A DNA stretch of 30,247 bases from an uncultured Flavobacteriaceae bacterium (GTDB lineage: Bacteria > Bacteroidota > Bacteroidia > B-17B0 > Aurantibacillaceae), in NCBI GenBank assembly GCA_964653165.1, contig CAZZEI010000014.1, forward strand, positions 1-30,247, in the 5' to 3' direction. The notes below the pieces were generated by a model. It was not told where the DNA came from. It saw nothing but the letters and a program-made list of their open reading frames with translations, and made no database searches. Both the position numbers and the translations under genes were made by a program. Positions 26,747-30,247 of this stretch are shown here, piece by piece (the stretch's first letter is position 1; every line of letters begins with the position of its first letter).

Positions 26747-29407
26747 ATGTTAAAAAACATAAGCCTTTGCATTTTCGCCATTTTCTTGTTATCGCAAAAT
26801 GCCTTTGCACAGAAAAAAAAGAAAAAAGATAAAGAAGAAGAAACTGTAACAGTAAAAAGTGACACAGTATTTCTTTATAAAAAGCCTGATCCATCAACCC
26901 CTGTGAGATATCAGGCTTCAAATGCACGCAGTAACGATATTTTGCATACAATGCTTGAAGTTAAATTCGATTGGCAAAATTCATGGTTACTGGGTAAGGC
27001 AAACATCACTATAAAACCGTATTTCTATCCTGTAAAAAAATTATACCTTAATGCCAGAGGAATGGAAATAAAGGAAATTGCAATGCTAAGGGATATTCCG
27101 CAAAAGCCATCTCCCGTAGGATCCAAAGCAGTTAAAAATAATATATCTAAAGAGAAAGTTGCACTCAAATATGTGTACGAAAACGATTCTTTAAAAATCG
27201 ACCTTGATAAGGAATACACACGCAATGATAAATACACCATTTATATTGATTATATATCAAAACCAAACGATTTAAAATCAGGAGGAAGTAGTGCTATCAG
27301 TAGCGATAAGGGATTGTATTTTATTAACCCAAAGGGAGAAGACAAAAATAAAATGCCGCAAATATGGACGCAAGGAGAAACTCAAAGTAACTCAGCATGG
27401 TTTCCTACTGTTGATAGTCCGAATGAAAGAATGACCGACGAGATTTATATGACAGTTGATGATAAATACACAACACTTTCAAATGGTTTATTATTAAAAC
27501 AAACTAAAAATGCCGACGGTACACGCACCGATTATTGGAAAATGGATATGCCTCATGCCCCTTATTTAGTTATGATGGGAGTTGGAGAGTTTAAAAAAAT
27601 TATTGACACACCATGGAATGGAAAAGAAGTAAGTTATTATGTAGAGAAAGAATTTGAACCGTACGCAAAAGGAATTTTTGGCAACACCGGAGAGATGATA
27701 GATTTTTTCTCTAAAAAATTAGGTACGCCTTATCCGTGGCCAAAATATGCGCAGATAGTTGTACGCGATTACGTATCGGGTGCAATGGAAAATACTTCTG
27801 CTACCTTACATGGTGATTTTTCGGTTTACCAAACAGATAGAGAAATGCTTGATGGAAAGCGGGGAGAGAATGTAATCTCACACGAATTATTTCACCAATG
27901 GTTTGGAGATTACGTTACATGCGAGAGCTGGAGCAACATTACCTTAAACGAATCATTTGCAACCTATGGCGAGTATATGTGGCAGGAATTTAAATATGGG
28001 TTAGACGCAGCCGACGCGCATAGTTATAATAGCCGACAGGGATATGTAATGCAGTCAAAGGTTGACCCTCTTGTTCGATTTGGCTATGAACATCGTGAAG
28101 ATGTATTTGATGGTATAAGCTATAACAAAGGCGGACAAATTTTGCACATGTTACGCAAGCAGGTTGGGGACGATGCATTTTTCGCTTCATTGAAATTATA
28201 TTTGGAAAGAAATAAATTTAGCAGTGCTGAAGCCCACAATTTACGGTTGGCTTTTGAAGAAGTTACCGGACAGGATTTAAATTGGTTTTTTAATCAGTGG
28301 TATTATTCCGGTGCTTATCCGGTTCTGAATATAGATTATAGTTACGATGCTGCAAGCAAGCAAGTAAAAGTTAAGATCGTACAAACGCAGGATTTTGAAG
28401 AAGCACCACTTTTTAAAATTCCGGTTTATGTTGATATTTATTATTACGAAGGACCGTCAATCAAAAAGCAACGGGAGTGGATTACAATTACCAAAGTAAG
28501 CGAAGAATTTTCTTTTGCTGCTGAGGCTAAGCCCATGTTGGTAAATTTTGATGGAGAAAAGCAATTGCTTTGCCGTAAAAATGAAAATAAAACACTTGAT
28601 GAATATGTTTATCAATACAAAAATGCACCTAAGTTTTTAGACCGATTTGAGGCTATCAGTGCATTTAAAGGAAATTTGACGGACGCAAAAGTGTATGAAG
28701 CAGCCAAGCTTGCTTTAAATGATAAATGGCATTCAAACCGTTCAAAAGTCATCGACCTGTTGAATGAAGCAACAGAAGCGCAGTTTGAAGAATTAAAACC
28801 GCTAATGATAAATATTGCCAAAACTGATGTAAAAACTTCAGTGAAAGCAGACGCCATAGAGTTTTTATCTAAACATTGTAAAGGCGATGATGTAAAGGAA
28901 TTGTATTCTTCTGCCCTAAATGAAAAATCATATAATGTTATGGGCGCAGGGTTAAATGCTTTGGCTAAAGACAATCCACAAGTAGCTATGCAAAAGGCAA
29001 AAGCACTTGAAAGTGAAGATGGAGATAATATACTTTACACAATTATGGATTTGTATTCTAACTACGGAGACGACAGTCACAATGATTTTTTTATAAAGAA
29101 AAAGGAAAACTTTAAAGGATTCCAGGCAATGGGTTATATAAATATGTATGGATTATTTTTGAAACGATGTAATGATGCAACGGTTCTTTCAGGGGCTGAA
29201 GTTTTAAAAGGATATACCATAAAAGGAAAAAATAACCAATATGTAAAATTTGTGGCACAAAAAGTGCTGAAAGATTTGTTTAACCGGTTTCAGGATTCAG
29301 AAGATGAATTAGTAAGCAAAAAGGATGAAGTTTCTGCTAAGCGTTTAGCAGAAGTAATTGTAACTAAAAACAAGTTGAAAGCCATAATGGATGACAATAA
29401 ACAGTAG
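26747..29407 (+). CDS. M1-family zinc aminopeptidase (aminopeptidase N-like), secreted
   Basis: Signal peptide MLKNISLCIFAIFLLSQNAFA. The GAMEN exopeptidase motif (VSGAMENTSA) and the zinc site HELFHQWFGDYVTCESWSNITLNESFATYGEY (HEXXH-X18-E) are both present. Confidence 0.9.
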   Translation: MLKNISLCIFAIFLLSQNAFAQKKKKKDKEEETVTVKSDTVFLYKKPDPSTPVRYQASNARSNDILHTMLEVKFDWQNSWLLGKANITIKPYFYPVKKLYLNARGMEIKEIAMLRDIPQKPSPVGSKAVKNNISKEKVALKYVYENDSLKIDLDKEYTRNDKYTIYIDYISKPNDLKSGGSSAISSDKGLYFINPKGEDKNKMPQIWTQGETQSNSAWFPTVDSPNERMTDEIYMTVDDKYTTLSNGLLLKQTKNADGTRTDYWKMDMPHAPYLVMMGVGEFKKIIDTPWNGKEVSYYVEKEFEPYAKGIFGNTGEMIDFFSKKLGTPYPWPKYAQIVVRDYVSGAMENTSATLHGDFSVYQTDREMLDGKRGENVISHELFHQWFGDYVTCESWSNITLNESFATYGEYMWQEFKYGLDAADAHSYNSRQGYVMQSKVDPLVRFGYEHREDVFDGISYNKGGQILHMLRKQVGDDAFFASLKLYLERNKFSSAEAHNLRLAFEEVTGQDLNWFFNQWYYSGAYPVLNIDYSYDAASKQVKVKIVQTQDFEEAPLFKIPVYVDIYYYEGPSIKKQREWITITKVSEEFSFAAEAKPMLVNFDGEKQLLCRKNENKTLDEYVYQYKNAPKFLDRFEAISAFKGNLTDAKVYEAAKLALNDKWHSNRSKVIDLLNEATEAQFEELKPLMINIAKTDVKTSVKADAIEFLSKHCKGDDVKELYSSALNEKSYNVMGAGLNALAKDNPQVAMQKAKALESEDGDNILYTIMDLYSNYGDDSHNDFFIKKKENFKGFQAMGYINMYGLFLKRCNDATVLSGAEVLKGYTIKGKNNQYVKFVAQKVLKDLFNRFQDSEDELVSKKDEVSAKRLAEVIVTKNKLKAIMDDNKQ

Positions 29408-29515
29408 AATATCATTGGGATTTGGAAAGTTCTCGCCCGTGAGGTAGATGCCTTAGGCAGAGAGGGCATGCGATTAACTTATTATTTTTATATTTACTAG
29501 TTAAATACTATTAAC

Positions 29516-30187
29516 ATGATTAGAAAAATTCTCACAACGACTCTATTGATAGCTTCAATAAGCGTTTTTTCGCAGGAAATAAAAATAAAAGAGGGAAGCG
29601 AAAGTTTTGATAACGGAAGTCATAACGCTTTATCAGTAACGGTTTATGTTCCTGATTTAAGTAAAGTGCAGCACGAATGGAAAAGTCAGATGAAAGATTA
29701 TGGTTATAATAGCGCCAATGATAAAGGCAAGGAATACGTGTTTGATAACGTAAAATTTAAGTCTCTTTCAAATAATCCAATGGATGTATATGCCAAATTT
29801 GAGGAGCAAAAAGATGATAAATCTGTTAAAATGTGGGTTGCTTATGACATGGGAGGAGATTATATCAGTTCTTCAAAACACAGCAGCAAATATGACTTCA
29901 TGAAAAAAATGATGAAGGAATTTGCCATAAAAACCTCTAAAGATTACGTTGAAGACCAATTAAAAGAAGCCACTAAAATTCTTACTAAGGCTCAGGACAA
30001 AGAAAAAGATTTGGAAAAAGATAACAAAGACCTTGATAAGGAGATAGTAAATTACAAAGAAAAAATAAAAAAATCCGAAGACGATATTGCAAAAAATAAA
30101 AAGGATATAGAAGTAAAAAAGAAAGAAATTGTCGATCAGCAAAAAGTGGTTGATGAGGTGAAGAAAAAATACGAATCGATTAAATAA
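29516..30187 (+). CDS. Secreted hypothetical protein with K/E-rich C-terminal coiled coil
   Basis: Signal peptide MIRKILTTTLLIASISVFSQ. The C-terminal 90 aa (KDLEKDNKDLDKEIVNYKEKIKKSEDDIAKNKKDIEVKKKEIVDQQK) is heptad-like charged coiled coil. Confidence 0.55.
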   Translation: MIRKILTTTLLIASISVFSQEIKIKEGSESFDNGSHNALSVTVYVPDLSKVQHEWKSQMKDYGYNSANDKGKEYVFDNVKFKSLSNNPMDVYAKFEEQKDDKSVKMWVAYDMGGDYISSSKHSSKYDFMKKMMKEFAIKTSKDYVEDQLKEATKILTKAQDKEKDLEKDNKDLDKEIVNYKEKIKKSEDDIAKNKKDIEVKKKEIVDQQKVVDEVKKKYESIK

Positions 30188-30216
30188 CAGATCATTGTTG
30201 TCCGATAAAACTTTAA

Positions 30217-30247
30217 AAGAAGGAAGACTTTCATCTTCCTTCTTTTT
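30217..30247 (+). terminator. Rho-independent terminator (11-bp perfect stem AAGAAGGAAGA/TCTTCCTTCTT, 6-nt loop, T-run)
   Basis: aagaaggaaga-ctttca-tcttccttctt-ttt begins 30 nt after the stop of the 29516-30187 gene. The window ends inside the T-tract. Confidence 0.55.

Noticed and set aside
29408-29515. GC-rich stretch (ctcgcccgtgaggtagatgccttaggcagagagggcatgc) after the M1 peptidase stop
   Set aside because: Only a 5-bp stem (atgcc/ggcat) with a 12-nt loop and no T-tract. It is too weak to call a terminator or ncRNA, and I saw no second copy in the window.
1-30247. CRISPR arrays, tRNA/rRNA genes, integrases/transposases, toxin–antitoxin or known defence-system genes
   Set aside because: I scanned all intergenic regions. 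There are no regularly spaced identical repeats with unique spacers, no tRNA cloverleaf-like GTTCGANTCC arms, and no recombinase-like ORFs. The only repeats are the MITE-like and GC-rich families reported above.

Overview
AT-rich (about 35% GC) chromosomal segment that looks like Bacteroidota: the TAnnTTTG -7 promoter motif occurs, and the genes are TamL-like Omp85, YfhO, GT39, flotillin and BNR-propeller proteins. It is mostly housekeeping and envelope genes. Order along the window: a partial Wzx-like flippase (-), a GT4 glycosyltransferase (+), a lipobox-bearing Omp85/TamA-like outer-membrane protein (-), trmH-family methyltransferase (+) overlapping a YfhO-like GT-C membrane protein (+), dapA (+), a tight fic-queG-selD operon (-), a GT39/PMT-like GT-C glycosyltransferase (-) translationally coupled to a fused membrane/spermidine-synthase-like protein and a small secreted protein (-), serC (-), a flotillin/SPFH protein (-), a 1099-aa BNR/Asp-box β-propeller secreted protein (-), a DUF1801/YdeI-like gene with an in-frame TAA at codon 11 (-), frr (+), a 3-hydroxyacyl-CoA dehydrogenase (+), an M1 aminopeptidase (+) and a secreted coiled-coil protein (+). 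I found no CRISPR, tRNA, rRNA, integrase or transposase. The unusual content is small repeats and site-level features rather than a new multi-gene system. (1) A MITE-like element with about 28-bp imperfect terminal inverted repeats, built from tandem 9-mers GACGCWGAT, occurs twice (2574-2768 and 18358-18477), each time just past the stop of a minus-strand gene. (2) A GC-rich GTCAGTTCGAGCGNAGTCGAGAAC / GTCATCCTGAGCTTGTCGAAGGAC repeat family has one intergenic copy and a 108-bp (36-codon) in-frame insertion inside queG. (3) A dense palindromic TCTCCGCA/TGCGGAGA array overlaps the fic start codon and promoter. (4) The YdeI-like gene carries an apparent nonsense mutation. (5) TCTGTG direct repeats and a near-leaderless TAACTTTG motif sit upstream of dapA. 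(6) A 12-bp inverted repeat and CCGAAA tandem repeats lie in the 328-bp leader of the M1 peptidase. No defence or toxin system is evident. The most system-like candidates are the conserved GT39 / fused-spermidine-synthase-like / secreted-protein operon and the fic-queG-selD linkage.
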